In this document: in pieces, positions 39,077 through 53,013 of the stretch
Numbering within the stretch: the stretch's first letter is position 1
How the letters are laid out: every line of letters starts with the position of its first letter
NCBI RefSeq assembly: GCF_006345805.1
Contig: NC_043005.1
Location: forward strand, 72,602,001-72,666,000
DNA: 64,000 bases
Reading direction: 5' to 3'
Source of the DNA: Octopus sinensis
Lineage: Eukaryota
Translations under genes and position numbers: made by a program
The notes under the pieces: generated by a model
What the model was told of the DNA's origin: nothing
Database searches by the model: none
The model's input: only the letters and a program-made list of their open reading frames with translations

Positions 39077-39522
39077 ATAGGTGTGGTTGTGTGGTAAGAA
39101 GCTTGCTTTCCAGCCTCATAGTTCTGGGTTCAGTACCACTGCATGGCACCTTGGGCAAGTGTCTTCTTCTATAGTCTTGGGCCGATCAAAGTCTTGTGAG
39201 AGAATTTGGTAAACGGAAACTGAAAGAAAGAAACCTGTTGTGTATGTGTGTGTGTGATGTGTATATGGGTGAGTGTGCATGTGCGTCTGTGTATATGTGT
39301 TTGTGTGTGAGTGTGTGTGTGTTTGTGAGAGAAGGTCCCTCACCACTGCTTGACAACCAGTGTTGGTGTGTTTATATCACTCTAAGTTAGCAGTTTGGTA
39401 AAAGATATCGATAGAATTAGTACCAGGCTTAAAAAACAAAATACTGGGCTCAATTTTTTCGACTAAGATTCTTCCCCAGCATGGCCACAGTCTAACGACT
39501 CAAACAAGTAAAAGATAAAAGA
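39077..39522 (+). mobile_element. SINE family B (inverted partner of 39595-40016)
   Basis: Head, CORE-like block, (GT)n and tail. Confidence 0.85.
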
Positions 39523-39594
39523 AATTCAAACTTGTATGGTACACTACAAAAGTGATTTTGAACAGTGAAAATGGAGAGCATATGACTATGTAAT

Positions 39595-40016
39595 CTTTAC
39601 TCTTTTACTTGTTTCAGTCATTTGACTGCGCCCATGCTGGAGCACCACCTTTAGTCAAGCAAATCGACCCCAGGACTTATTCTTTGGAAGCCTAGTATTT
39701 ATTCTATCGGTGTCTTTTTACCGAACTGCTAAGTTACGGGGACTTAAACACACCAGCATCTGTTGTCAAGCGATGTTGGGGGGACAAACACAGACACACA
39801 AACATACACACATACATATATATACACATATATACATATATACGACAGGCTTTTTTCAGTTTCCGTCTACCAAATCCACTCACAAGGCTTTGGTCGGCCG
39901 GCCCGAGGCTATAGTAGATAGAAGACACTTGCCCAAGGTGCCACACATTGGGAATGAACCCGGAACCATGGGGTTGGTAAGCAAGCTACTTACCACACAG
40001 CCACTCCTGAGCCTAT
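39595..40016 (-). mobile_element. SINE family B
   Basis: Head and tail both present. Confidence 0.9.
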
Positions 40017-40224
40017 GTGTGTGTACATATGTTTGTTTCTATGTATGTGTTTGTGTGTGTATATGTCTGTGCTCATGTTTTGTTTAGCCTGAGATCAGCC
40101 TAGATCAAGCAGACATGTGTTGAAGATATTTCAGCTGTGGCCATTCAATTTGTCTTCAGACATAGCTTATGAGAGATTACATTATTGAATGTCTTTCATG
40201 TTTTTTTTTTATATTCTTTTTATA

Positions 40225-40439
40225 AAAGACAGCGAGCTGGCTGAAACGTTAGCATATCGGGCGAAATGCTTACCAGTATTTTGTCTGTCTTTATGTTCTG
40301 AGTTCAAATTCTGCCGAGGTCAACTTTGCCTGTCATTCTTTTGGGATCAATAAATTAAGTACCAGTTGTGTACTGCAGTTGATCTAATCGGCTGGCCCCC
40401 TCCCCCAAAATTTCGGGCTTGTGCCTAGAGTAGAAAAGA
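40225..40439 (+). mobile_element. SINE family A (tail type 2) with 14-bp TSD
   Basis: ATATTCTTTTTATA at 40211-40224 and 40440-40453. Confidence 0.9.
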
Positions 40440-41044
40440 ATATTCTTTTTATATATTCTGAAGGTGTTACTGTATGATTTAAGAGATTTGGTTTCCATTT
40501 CTAGCAGTTTGCACAACCATGTAGAAACCACCTTATTAGATCTGCAGTGCACGTGCGTATATGTGCATGAACTTACGCATGTGCATATGTGCATGGACTT
40601 ATGCAAGCACGTATGTGTGCATAGACTTGTGCAAGTGCACAAGTGTGCAAAGGAGATAATTGGAAACATGCTCTATTTGTATTAATTTTATTATGTTTTT
40701 GCATTTTTTTAATGTAAAATTTATAGATACCTGTACATTACGGAGAAATAGTGCATTTGTATATGTGTATGCATGATGGTGTTTGTGAATATAAATATAC
40801 ACAAACACACACACACACACACCACACACACACATATATATATACATACATATGTATATAAAAATTAGAAAAAAAACACCTTTTATCAATTCAAAATGAA
40901 CAATTAAATTACACCATCTAGAAAATTACATATAACATAAATATTAAAATTAAAATAACAATAATATACCGATGATTAAGTAAATTGCAAAATAATAATA
41001 AAAACCTATTTCCCTCAAATAATTATTATATACATACATATATA

Positions 41045-41290
41045 TTCTGTTATTCTGTTATGTGTTTTAGCCCTAAGGCTGTGGCCATGCTGGGCCACTG
41101 CCAGTGTAATCACTCCTTAATTAGCTAATTCTATGTGATTGGCTTTTGGTGAAGGTAGGAGTTCAACACTGCTGCCTTCTTTTGAGTTTCCTGTCTAGAT
41201 ATTGGTTCATCTGGGCTCTTGGACGGCAAGTGGTCTAGTCATTTCTTGAAAACATCTACCCACACTCCATGGAGATCTGAGGCGCAGTTT
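41045..41290 (-). mobile_element. CR1-type LINE 3' end (ORF2 C-terminus and 3' UTR)
   Basis: Minus strand encodes DLHGVWVDVFKK*LDHLPSKSPDEP..., matching the CR1-type FK..LD...PD.P terminus. It is followed by GGCAGTGGCCCAGCATGGCCACAGCC and a (TAACAGAA)n tail. Confidence 0.7.
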
Positions 41291-42284
41291 TTCCTTTGAC
41301 TTATTTTGCGCCAGTGTGTAAGCCAACCAATCACGGCCTTCAGATAAGGTCTCGTGACACTGTTTTTCTTATGCTTCATTTGAGCCACCTTAACCCTTTA
41401 AAAGGCGAGATCAACAGACTATTATTGGTGCGCCAAATGCCAACCAATCAGAGCAGTGGACACAACAGGGTGAAACTAGCCAAAGATGGTTGTTATCTAC
41501 CACAAGATCATTTCTAATATGTCTCTCAAACAGTGAGGATATCAGCTACACTACAGTATTTTATATCAGAGTTTAAATCGTGCTGAAATCAACTTTGCTT
41601 CTCATCCTGCTAGAGTTGCTAAAATAAATATACCAGTTTAGTACTGAGGGGTTAATTTAATTGACTGCACCCACCACTCCCTCTGAAACAAGGAAAATAT
41701 ATATATGGCCTATTGTTAGAAATATGTGTGCCTATGTTATAAATCGATATTATGTGTTCACTGTACAGTATTCAGTTTCTCTTCATACTGCATTGATATA
41801 TATATATTGATATATAGTCCCAGTGTTCTCGTAGATCAAGCGAAATGTAATAGCTGATAGCTTGGACAAATAAGGCTTTGAGGAATACATATGTACATTC
41901 ACTAACCATTAACTTTTAATTAAACTGATTTTTTATGGAGTCTTAGAAGCAACGTTGCTGTTGATGTTGCTGCTGAAAAGCAAATATATGGATTTTGCTT
42001 ACACATAAACATGTGAATTTTTGGTTTTTACAAATATTTACTTCTGTTCAAACATGGTAGAAAGCCAAAGATGTCAGATGAGAGTACTGTCATTTCAGCT
42101 GCTTGTATCCAGCAGCCATTACTGACTTATATCACTTAACTCTGCATAGTTCACTTTATCTGGCTATGTTGTTGGTATAAAAAGTTGGATCATTGCTGCT
42201 GTTCTTGTTTAACCTCAGCTCAGCTCTCATCAAGCATCTCTATAATAAAAGGTGATCTAGTGTGAATGCCTTATTTTTGAAATC

Positions 42285-42709
42285 TCTTTTACTCTTTTAC
42301 CCTTTTACTTGTTTCAGTCATTTGGCTGTGGCCATGCTGGAGCACCGCCTTTAGTCGAGCAAATCGACCCCAGGACTTATTCTTTGTAAGCCTGGTACTT
42401 ATTCTATCGGTCTCTTTTGCTGAACTGCTAAGTTACGGAGGACATAAACACACCACCATCGGTTGTCAAGCGATGTTGGGTGCGACAAACAAAGACACAC
42501 AAACACACACACACACACACATGTGTATACATATACATATTTAAAACAGGCTTCTTTCAGTTTCCGTCAACAAAATCCACTCACAAAGCTTTGGTCAGTC
42601 GGAGGCTATAGTAGAAGACACTTGCCCAAGGTGCCACGCAGTGGGACTGAACCCGGAACCATGTAGTTGGTAAGCAAGCTACTTACCACACAGCCACTCC
42701 TATGCCTAT
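42285..42709 (-). mobile_element. SINE family B
   Basis: Head and tail both present. Confidence 0.9.
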
Positions 42710-43024
42710 CTAAAACTACATCACTCAAAATATCTATTCTTTTTTACATGTGGAATGTTATATGAGAATAATTAACCATAGAGACACCATCTACAGACAG
42801 GGAAGATAATAGACGAATGCTAGCTATGGTATTTAATATAGTTACCATTGTCATCTTTTCTATATTTGCTGGTATAAAAAAATGTATGGGCATATTAAAT
42901 GCATCACTATTTCAGCAGTATATATTCAGGATAAATTGTTTTAGTACGTTAATGCATGTAATATATAGGCCAAACTTTACATATAAGACCCAGGCTGATT
43001 TGTTTTAAAAGTGTGACTTATATG

Positions 43025-43702
43025 CAGGGCCAGATTAAGACCTCCTGAGGTCCTAAGCATTCAAAAGATCTTGATGCCTTCATATATATGTTTCAAAGAA
43101 AAAAAAATTTCAAATAGTATAATACAATAGTATTGCTATCCAGTAAAACAAAGCACCATAAGGTTAAAGTATAACTATAGAATAGTGGTACAATAATGCA
43201 CCAATATTTACTGGAAATAACAGTCGATAATATACAATGGTGTATATATGTGTGTATGTGTAAAAAGTAAAGAGTCAAAAGGAAGAGTAAGTACAGTTAG
43301 GCAGCTTTTTAATATGCATATGTATGTATGTAATTCAAAATATAAACAATAATAAACCATAAAATAAAATTTTATTTTTCAAAATGAAACAAAACTAGTA
43401 GTAATATTAATATTTCTTTTGGTTTATATTTATTTATTTATTTATATTTATTTATATTTGAAAAGTTTTCTCCAAGTTTTTTTTAATTGCAAAGTCTTTG
43501 AGCAGATCCTCACAATGATGTCACGAACACTTCAGAATTATACTTCCGATCGTATAAACCTCTTTTAGTATTATATAAAACAAGTTTAAAGTGATTTCTT
43601 TTGTGCTGTAGGCCATTTACCATTTCTATGGTGCCCCCCCCACCCGCATCCCATGATGTCCTAAGCACATGCTTATTTTGCCTTATGGATAATCTAGTAC
43701 TG
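43025..43702. mobile_element. non-autonomous hAT element with 8-bp TSD
   Basis: CTTATATG at 43017-43024 and 43703-43710. Imperfect TIRs CAGGGCCAGATTA / TAATCTAGTACTG. Confidence 0.8.
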
Positions 43703-44109
43703 CTTATATGATATTCAGTATCCACTTTTCCATACTATTCTGGTGTGGGGTTGGATGGGTTTTCTGAGTTCTTGCTATATGGCCAGATGCCTTTCATATC
43801 ATTAGCCCTTTTAGTCACTTAATAACATGCAGATACACAGGGTACTTATAAAACCAAGGTACAGGTCATGTTAAACCATATTTAATATGTGAGAGAAATA
43901 TAGACTTAGTTACAAAATTAATCAAATCTAAACAAAGAAATGCTGTGACTGCTAGTATTACTAAGTGTAGTAACTGTACTGGATTATTTATGTGGAAGAA
44001 ATTTACTCTGCTCTGCATGCACATGGGAGCACTCATGTGTGTGTATTAATTAACATCAACACTAATTGGAAATATTTATGTGATAAGGAAAAAAAATATT
44101 AGCTTCAAG

Positions 44110-44524
44110 TCTTTTTTTTTTTACTTGTTCCAGTCATTTGACTGTGGCCATAATGAAGCACCGCCTTTAGTCAAGCAAATCGGCCCCAGGACTTATTCTT
44201 TGTAAGCCTAGTACTTATTTTATCAGTCTTTTTTTGCCGAAGCGCTAAGTTACGGAGGATGTAAACACACCAACATCGGTTGTCAAGCGATGTTGGAGGT
44301 GGCAAACACAGACACAGAAACACACACACAAACACACACACCCACACACATATATATACGATGGGCTTCTTTCAGTTTCTGTCTACCAAATCCACTTACA
44401 AGGCTTTGGTCGGCCCGAGGCAATAGTAGAGAACACTTGCGCAAGGTGCCATGCAGTGGGACTGAGCCCGGAACCATGTGGTTGGTAAGCAAGCTACTTA
44501 CCACACAGCCACTCTTATGCCTAA
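44110..44524 (-). mobile_element. SINE family B
   Basis: Head and tail both present. Confidence 0.9.
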
Positions 44525-44877
44525 TTGTATTTTAACTATGTTTGTAAATATAGGAGACAAGTGAAAGCATGTTTCAGGTTTATTAAACCTTGTTTATATT
44601 TGTCAGCAAGCTGCATATACGCAAACAATATTCATCGTAGCCATGATCAGGATCACAGCATCATTTTCAACTTACATTTGTTGTTACCATACAGTAACAA
44701 GTTGAACAGACTCGTAGCATATCAATAAATATGCTTCTCGGTCTTCTACTTTTATGTCTACAAAGCTCTCAACTTTCAGAAAGTGATTCAATCTCTCTCC
44801 CACCTCCTCCCTTTCCCCCTTTCACTCTCTCTCTCTCTCTCTCTGTAATATATATATATATATATAAATATATATGC

Positions 44878-44925
<48 letters not shown>

Positions 44926-44977
44926 GAATATATATATGTATATATGAATATAAATATGTATATATAAATATATGTGA

Positions 44978-45011
<34 letters not shown>

Positions 45012-45606
45012 GCATGTATATATACATACATGCACACACACCTATATATACATAAGTGTGTGTGTGTGTACGTATATGTATGAACATATATATATATATG
45101 CATGTATGTATGTATGTATGCATATCCATCTATCTAACTCTCACTCTTTCTCTCTCCCTTTTCTCTCCCAACAAACAATGAAGTGATTTGCCTGGCAGAA
45201 CATCACTAGTCTCCTTTGACTCTACTGTCTTAATACTCACTTTGATCATGGGTCTGCTTGATCAGAGCTGACCTGCAGCTGAACACTTACAACAACAACA
45301 ACAACAACAATCATATATAAATTACAAGACAGATTTTGTTATTGCTCGCAGCATGTCTTGTCGAGAGACACATGCAGCACTAGATTCTTGACTAAGAGCT
45401 CATCTACTTTGACACACACACACACACTTACTGAGCTAATGTGAGATCCTCTATGAACTGACTTAGATTGCTAGAAATAGCAGCCAGATTTCCTTTAAAT
45501 CACATTTTACTGTATTATCAAAGAAAGGATACAATTACAATTGATAAGTTAGCCTTAGAATTAAAAAAAAACTGGATGAGCCTGAAAAAATGATAGACAG
45601 GATGTA

Positions 45607-45890
45607 ATCGTTACCAGCGTTGCCTTACTGGCACGGGAAAAAACATTTGAGCAAGGTCATTGCCAGTACCACCTGACTGGCCCTCTAGCTGGTGGCACAT
45701 AAAAGCACCCACTACACTCTCAGAGTGGTTGGCGTTAGGAAGGGTATCCGGCTGTAGAAACTCTGCCAGATCAAGATTGGAGCCAGGTGCAGCCATCTGG
45801 TTCGCCAGTCCTCAGTCAAATCGTCCAACCCATGCCAGCTTGGAAAGTGGACGTTAAACGATCTTGATGATGATCATGATCGTGATCATG
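45607..45890 (+). mobile_element. family C RTE-like 3' end
   Basis: GGCACATAAAAGCACCCACTACACTCTC..GGACGTTAAACGAT. Confidence 0.8.
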
Positions 45891-47032
45891 AATGGAACAC
45901 ATTTATCTTCAGGTCTGTTTGATCAAGACTGACCAAGTGTTACACAACATCAATAACACATGTTTGAATATATTATTAACGGAATATAAAGTATGTAAAT
46001 GTAAATAATATAATTCAAGAAAAGCTTATGTACATAAGTGAAAGAACATTCTTAATCAAAACTATTAATCTAGTTTTAATCATGTTTGAATTATGAAAGT
46101 GTTTCATAGAAAGTTAAGAACATTGTTACACAATTAAATCAAATTAATTTCTACTCTCTTGTGTCTGGCTGATTATAACGTGAATGTTGATAATTTAGTA
46201 AATGATATCATCATCTTATTTGTGAATGCTAGTTTGATCTCTATCTATTGTTGTAGATTATCTTTCTTTGTTCTGCCCAGTGAGGTAGAGAAACATATAT
46301 CATTATCAACTCCAAACAACTCTATTTACAATCAGCAAGGAATCTTGAATAATTTACACCTATGCTAAATCTTAACAGGTAATGAAAGTAAATAAATAAG
46401 TAAATAAATAATAAACTGAATGCAAACCAAGTCTAGTGCACAGTTTTAAATCATTTTCTGGGTCAAAACATTTCATTAATTAAAAAGAAAATAAAGACTT
46501 GTTAGTGCACTTTTTTTTAATTACTAGACTTAGATACAAAGTTGAACAATTAACACTGTTATTTTATTTTAAGTTGAAATTAGCAATTACAAATTGATGA
46601 ATATTTTTAATTAGAGTACCTAATCGTTGAAAACAGATAAAAGAATTTCATTATATTAAATTCAGTTTATCACATTATTTTATTTTATTTTATATATTTA
46701 TAGGTTTTAAATATTTCAAAATAGATTAATTAGTTTACAATTAATATCTTCAAAAGAAGTGTCACAAAAAAAAAAAAGAAAAAATATGGAAGTGAAGCAA
46801 AACATTAATAACCATGCTAAAAATGAATTGGTAAGTTACATGAACGTAAGAAATTCTTGCAAATACAAATCTTTAATATATTACATAAGCCACAGGTCAT
46901 AAATATCTTTTGCTTCAAGATCAAGGCAGTTATGAATAATAGAATTAAGCAGCTATATTGATTGAACAGGAAAATTTATTAGATTAGCAAACAATATTCT
47001 GTAATTATGTATAACACTTACACATGCCTGCA

Positions 47033-47046
47033 TATTATTATTATTA

Positions 47047-47097
<51 letters not shown>

Positions 47098-47150
47098 TAT
47101 TATTATTATTATCATTATCATTATTATTATAATTATTATTATTATTATTT
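47033..47150. repeat. (TTA)n microsatellite
   Basis: Seen directly; source of the poly-Y and poly-I ORFs. Confidence 0.95.
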
Positions 47151-47769
47151 ATTTTTGTTGTTGTTTTTTTGTTATTATATATGCCAAATGCAAGTGTAAT
47201 CATTTGGCATTATCCAGCAGTTGTATAAATGCTAAGATATCTAGTAAGTATTTTTTATTTTATTATGTGATTTTTTACACTTTGATGGACATGTTATTAA
47301 TACAAATATATTTTTATCATCTTCAATCGTCACAGTTTGCCTGTGTGCATGTGAGTGTGTGTATGTGCAATCACCTAGCAGAGATTTAATGCAAGAGAGA
47401 TAATAATTTCTTTGTAAAATGTGGCAGTATTTGAAATTTGAATTTGAAATTAGGAAATAATGAAAATGAGAGATAAAATATATAAACTTTATTTTAATTT
47501 TTTTTTTGCTTACTCATAACAAAGTTTATAAAATTGATATTCAGCGGTGATCATATACAGCTCAATTTCATTTCTGTTAGAAATTGTCAGCATGACATTA
47601 ACCTGAGATATATAGATTAAACATTTTATGAAATGAGGTGTTTCATATTGATGGAAAACAATTACAGCCTGCAAGAAATACATGAAATTTGTGTTTTACT
47701 TTATTCTTTTCATTCATAAGGCTTGGTTTTGCAATTGTGTGAGAAGAGAAAGGGAGAGTTCATAATGCC

Positions 47770-47801
<32 letters not shown>

Positions 47802-47889
47802 TGTATGTATGTATGTATGTATGTATGTATGTATGTATGTATGTATGTATGTATGTATGTATGTATGTATGTATGTATGTATGTGTGTA

Positions 47890-48482
47890 TGTCTCTTCTA
47901 TTTTTTAATTATTATAAATCTTGCACTGAAGAGGGAGCCAGTTTCCAACAATGATACAAAGCTCTATCTTTGGGATGTAGTTAACACAGACAAATTTACA
48001 TTTGGAACTTGAGAAAAGTCTTGCATATTTTTTACTGTTCCACTCACAGATTGCACTTGTAATGTATGAATTAGCTGGTCAATTTCTCTTTCTGAAAATA
48101 CCAGTTTATCCAGATTCTTTTAAGCATTTACTTAGAAAACCTAGTGCTCCAATTATTATTGGTATGAATATGAATTCATAGTCTGAATATAGAAGCTGGA
48201 GGTTTCAAAGCAGTTGTCCATAGATATCCTGTTTTCCTTTGATTTTCAAAGAGATATTTATATCTGCAGGGCAGCTAAACTCTATAATGTTATGTCCCTC
48301 TGTCCCAAACAACAATAACTGGCCTGTTATACTTACATTTAACAGAAGTCTTGATGGGAATATTCCACTAGTATTCCTTGAGTTGGGGTTTATGAATGTA
48401 TTCCATAACAGAAGGATTTTCTGTTTATTTCAGGACAGTCTATTTTTGCGGATGGCATTGTAAATTGTTTTAGCAACATATC
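47890..48482 (-). pseudogene. 5'-truncated R4/Dong-like (R2 group) non-LTR retrotransposon; restriction-like endonuclease domain
   Basis: Minus strand with stops and frameshifts reads VAKTIYNAIRK..EY*WNIPIKTSVKCKYNRPVIVVWDR..IIEFSCPADINISLKIKGKQDIYGQLL*NLQLLYSDYEFIFIPIIIGALG. This matches the REL motifs RPD/E.SCP/K..KY/P.IIGALG. Flanked by (TATG)n. Confidence 0.8.
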
Positions 48483-49020
48483 TGTGTGTGTATGTATATA
48501 TGTATTCATGTACATATGCATGTATGTATGTATGTATGTATGTATGTATGTATGTATGTAGTATGTATGTATGTATGTATGTATGTATGTATGTATGTAT
48601 CACAGACACACCTATTGATTTTTAGCACATGAACATTCATTTATTCTATCAACTTTGAATGAACTTGCTAAATAAGTATGTGAGGTGATTGAATATTACA
48701 AAGATACTTGTACTCTGAAATTCATTCTCACCTAGAATCAACACAGCACATTGTAATGAGGCTGATCACTTGTATTTCAGGTACCGTCTGTCCAAAGTGT
48801 TACTACCATTTCTATCAATCCAATTCATCCATGAAGCTTAGTCTGATATGGGGTTATGGTAAAGAGATTTGCCCTTCTCGTGACAAAGTGGGCTCAAAAC
48901 TGACACCTTTACACTCTTCATGCCATCCCACCTGAGACCACCCCTGATTCTAGGACACAAACATCCTGTTTTAAAGCAATCTAAATTAAAATTTCCCATC
49001 AAAATTTCATGCTAATATAT

Positions 49021-49237
49021 ATTTCTTTACTACCCACAAGGGGCTAAACACAGAGGGGACAAACAAGTACAGACAAATGGATTAAGTCGATTAAGTGCAT
49101 CACTGGTACTTAATTTATCGACCCCGAAAGGATGAAAGGTAAAGTCAACCTCGGTGGAATTTGAACTCAGAACGCAGTGGCAGACGAAATACCACAAAGC
49201 ATTTCGCCCGGTGTGCTGTTTCTGCCAGCTTGCCACC
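49021..49237 (-). mobile_element. SINE family A (tail type 1) with 16-bp TSD
   Basis: TTTCATGCTAATATAT at 49005-49020 and 49238-49253. Confidence 0.9.
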
Positions 49238-50216
49238 TTTCATGCTAATATATGTTACAAACACCAGGTTTACTTTGAGAAAAGTTTTTTCATTAAATTC
49301 TTCATCATTTTCGAAATAAATTGCAACAATGTATTTCAGCAGAAATTATATAACAAAAGAATTACAGTTGCCAAGCAAAATTCTTAACCACTAGGCTTTA
49401 CTTATATTCATATACAGATCAGTGTCATGGCTGCATTGGGACAATTTTTTCTATAACTGGATGTCCCACTTGTTTCTAAACAAGATAATAATTTCCCCAT
49501 CTATTATACAAACAGTTTAGACATGTTTACTCATAGAACTAGGAACAAACAACATTGTATGAATAAGCTTTTTGTTTATAAATGTCACAAAACATATCAA
49601 GACAAGTCCAGAAGTTTGGATATGCTTTCGTAGTGGACTGCAAACAAATGATGCCATCTGACGCCTTTAGCAAGCCATTGTTTACAACTAGTAAACACAT
49701 GTGAAGATGAGGAAACTACAAACTCACACAACACAAACAGTCATATAAATATGTATACCTATATATATATACATAATAATAATATTAGGGAGTAAATCCA
49801 AATTTACAGGGAAAAATTAGATTTAGGATTAAATCTAATTTCATAGTATAAATATATATTATATTAAATTTAAAATAAAAAAAAATTATTTTTAAATAAA
49901 TGAATAAATAAAATAAAATAATAATAATAATAAATATATATATATATATTTAAAATTAATAAGTTTAAATTATTTAAATAATTTTTAAATTTTAACTTTA
50001 ATTTACATATTTTAATTTGGAATTTTATATTTCTTATATTTTATATTTTATATTTTTTTTAATTAATTTTATTTCTATGTATTGGCTTATGATTTTCACT
50101 GTTTGATTTGCCCAATAGTGGTTTTATCTCTAATTTAATATAATATGTATATACATATATATATTATGCTTTACCAAGAATAGTACAATACTACTGACAG
50201 GGACATCGAAGTTTTG

Positions 50217-50263
50217 GACAGTTTGATGATGCCTTAGCTGGTTGAAACTCCAAAGTTACTGTC
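50217..50263 (+). ncRNA. degenerate type I hammerhead (Penelope-like remnant)
   Basis: GACAGT-TTGATGA-stem II-GAAA-CTCCAAAG-TT-ACTGTC, with a perfect 6-bp stem I and a C3U core change. Confidence 0.55.
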
Positions 50264-50519
50264 AATACTATTATTGTTAAAGAATAATGAATTTGTACTC
50301 TACCAAATGTAAATTTAATTTATCATAACATACTTAATGTAAATTTAATTTATCATAACATAAAAACAAACATTAATATACATACATATATATATATATA
50401 GGAAAATGTGTTGTTGAAAATGCACTTAAATTTCAAAAGCTTGTAAATGTTTAAAATACATTTATCTACATATATACCATACTAGTTTCAACAATATTTT
50501 TTTGTTTATCAATGGTGAA

Positions 50520-50520
<1 letters not shown>

Positions 50521-50604
<84 letters not shown>

Positions 50605-50620
50605 ATATATACACGTATAC

Positions 50621-50653
<33 letters not shown>

Positions 50654-50716
50654 ATATAATATATATACATATACATATATATATATTATATATTTATATA
50701 TTATATATATATATAT

Positions 50717-50747
<31 letters not shown>

Positions 50748-50792
50748 ATATATATTATATATATATATATTATATATATATATATATATATA

Positions 50793-50834
<42 letters not shown>

Positions 50835-50892
50835 ATTATATATATATACATATATACACACACACACACATACACACACACTCATATATATT
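50521..50892. repeat. long (AT)n/(AC)n microsatellite
   Basis: Seen directly. Confidence 0.95.
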
Positions 50893-51639
50893 TAACAGCT
50901 TTCTTTCAGTTTTCATTAATAAAATCCATTCCTGGGGCATTTATCAAGCAAAAGCTATAGTAGAAGACACGTGGCCCAAGGTGTCATGCAGTGGGCCTGA
51001 ATCCAAAAGCACAGGATTGGGAAATGAACTTGTTAACCTCACAGCCATGCCTGCATGCAAACATACACCCTCACATGCACAGCACACACACACACATAGG
51101 TACATATATCTGAAATCAATATAAATAAACTGCTACACATTCTATATAAAAGTACACCATTTTCTTTCTATAAATTGTCTAGAAATGTTTACTCTAAGAT
51201 TACTTTTTCATATTACAATATGTTGCAAAATACGAAATTCTCATGAGTATTTTTACTTTAATGAATTATTTTATTTATGTATCTATTTATTTTTCATATT
51301 TTTATTCAGGCACCAAAATGGCATCAATTATTAGTATCATCTGTTTCTTCTTATTAAACTAGTATATACTATCTCATTTTTCTATCCCTGCATCTTTTGT
51401 TATGCATAAAAGCAGCATGAAGCATATATCTGCTGTTCAGCTGACTTACGCATATAAAACATATGTGGACAGTTGTAGCATTTGCTTATTCTGAACAAAA
51501 TTAACTTCAGCAGTGTTTTCACAAATGATACAGTTTTTCTTGTAGTTATGTCTATTATTACGAAAAAGAAGACTTTTGAAGATTTATTGCATTATAGAAT
51601 ATGAGTTAATAATGACAACATCTAAAACCAAAAATTATA

Positions 51640-52110
51640 TGAAGGGTATAAATTTACAATTGTTTTGGCTAAAAGTGGTCCTGGCCATGTCTGATTTGCT
51701 ATTATATAGCACTGTATTATAAAATCTTTTAAGCCATTTTAAAGTCAAGTTTTGTGATGTCATGGCCCAATTACTTTGAGAGCTGTTGACTGAGATGAAT
51801 CTAGATGTAGAGGGGTTTATCTGGTGGCCCTTCAAAAAAAAAAAAAATTGTCCAGATATCATTTGAACGTGATGGGGTCTTTTTCTTTGATTTATTTTGG
51901 AATAATGTTGAATAAAGCAATGCCTTTTGAGGGATATAAACTGTGTTGTGATGAGGTTAAGTATTGTGAGCCTGAATAGTATGGCACAGGGTCCCAACCT
52001 TGGATAGATTCTTAATGTGATGGTAAAGCCATTTGAGCAATGTTGGTGTTACATTCTCCACATTGTACAGATTTTGTGGTGCTCATTACAATGTCGATGA
52101 GAATAATATC
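51640..52110 (-). pseudogene. decayed CR1-type LINE 3' end
   Basis: Minus strand reads ICTMWRM*HQHCSNGFTITLRIYPRLGPCAI, similar to a CR1 ORF2 C-terminus. It ends in a CATGGCCAGGACCAC..GCCAAAACA tail. Confidence 0.55.
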
Positions 52111-52464
52111 AACGTTTTAAAGTAGTCCTATAATAGAGATGATTCAAGGTAGCAGTTGAATATAGCAATAAACAATGCCTTAGTTAAACATTCTATTGAA
52201 ACTTGATAAAATGGATTAGTAGATTAGTAGATTTATCACTCTTTCTTTGAGATTTACATTTCTAATATTCTCCATAATTCCAATACACTGAGTGGTCATC
52301 TTTACCAGACAACTATCTTTAATTCTGAAGATCTAGGGGCTCACTGGACTTGCAAGAAATAAAAGCCAAATCTCCTTCAAATCATAATCTAATGTTTTAG
52401 AAGGAGAGATACATTGGATAATATTGTCCTAGATAATCTGTGAAAAAGTTCTTAAAACCTACCA

Positions 52465-52856
52465 TAGGTGCAAGCACAGCTGTATGGTCAAGAAGCTTGC
52501 TTTGAACCTCATTGCCCTGGGTTCAGTTCCACCGTACAGCACTTGGGCAAATGTTTTCTACAATAGCCTTGGGCTGACCAATGCCATGTGAGTGAATTTC
52601 ATAGATAGAAACTGGATGGAAGCCTGTAGAATTCGAGTGTGTGTGTGTGTGTGTGTGTATGTTCTAATACTGTATGACAAGCAGTGTTGGTTTGTTTACA
52701 TTCCTGTAAAATTGCAGTTTGCTAAATACGATTGACAGATAGAATATGTAACAGACTTAAAACAGAAAACTTAGGAGGAGTTAATTTGTTCGATTAAACC
52801 CTTCACGGTTGTGCTCCAACACAGCCTGAGCCCAGTGACTGAAACAAGTTAAAAGC

Positions 52857-52914
<58 letters not shown>

Positions 52915-52949
52915 TGCATACATATATACACACACATACATATATATAG

Positions 52950-53013
<64 letters not shown>

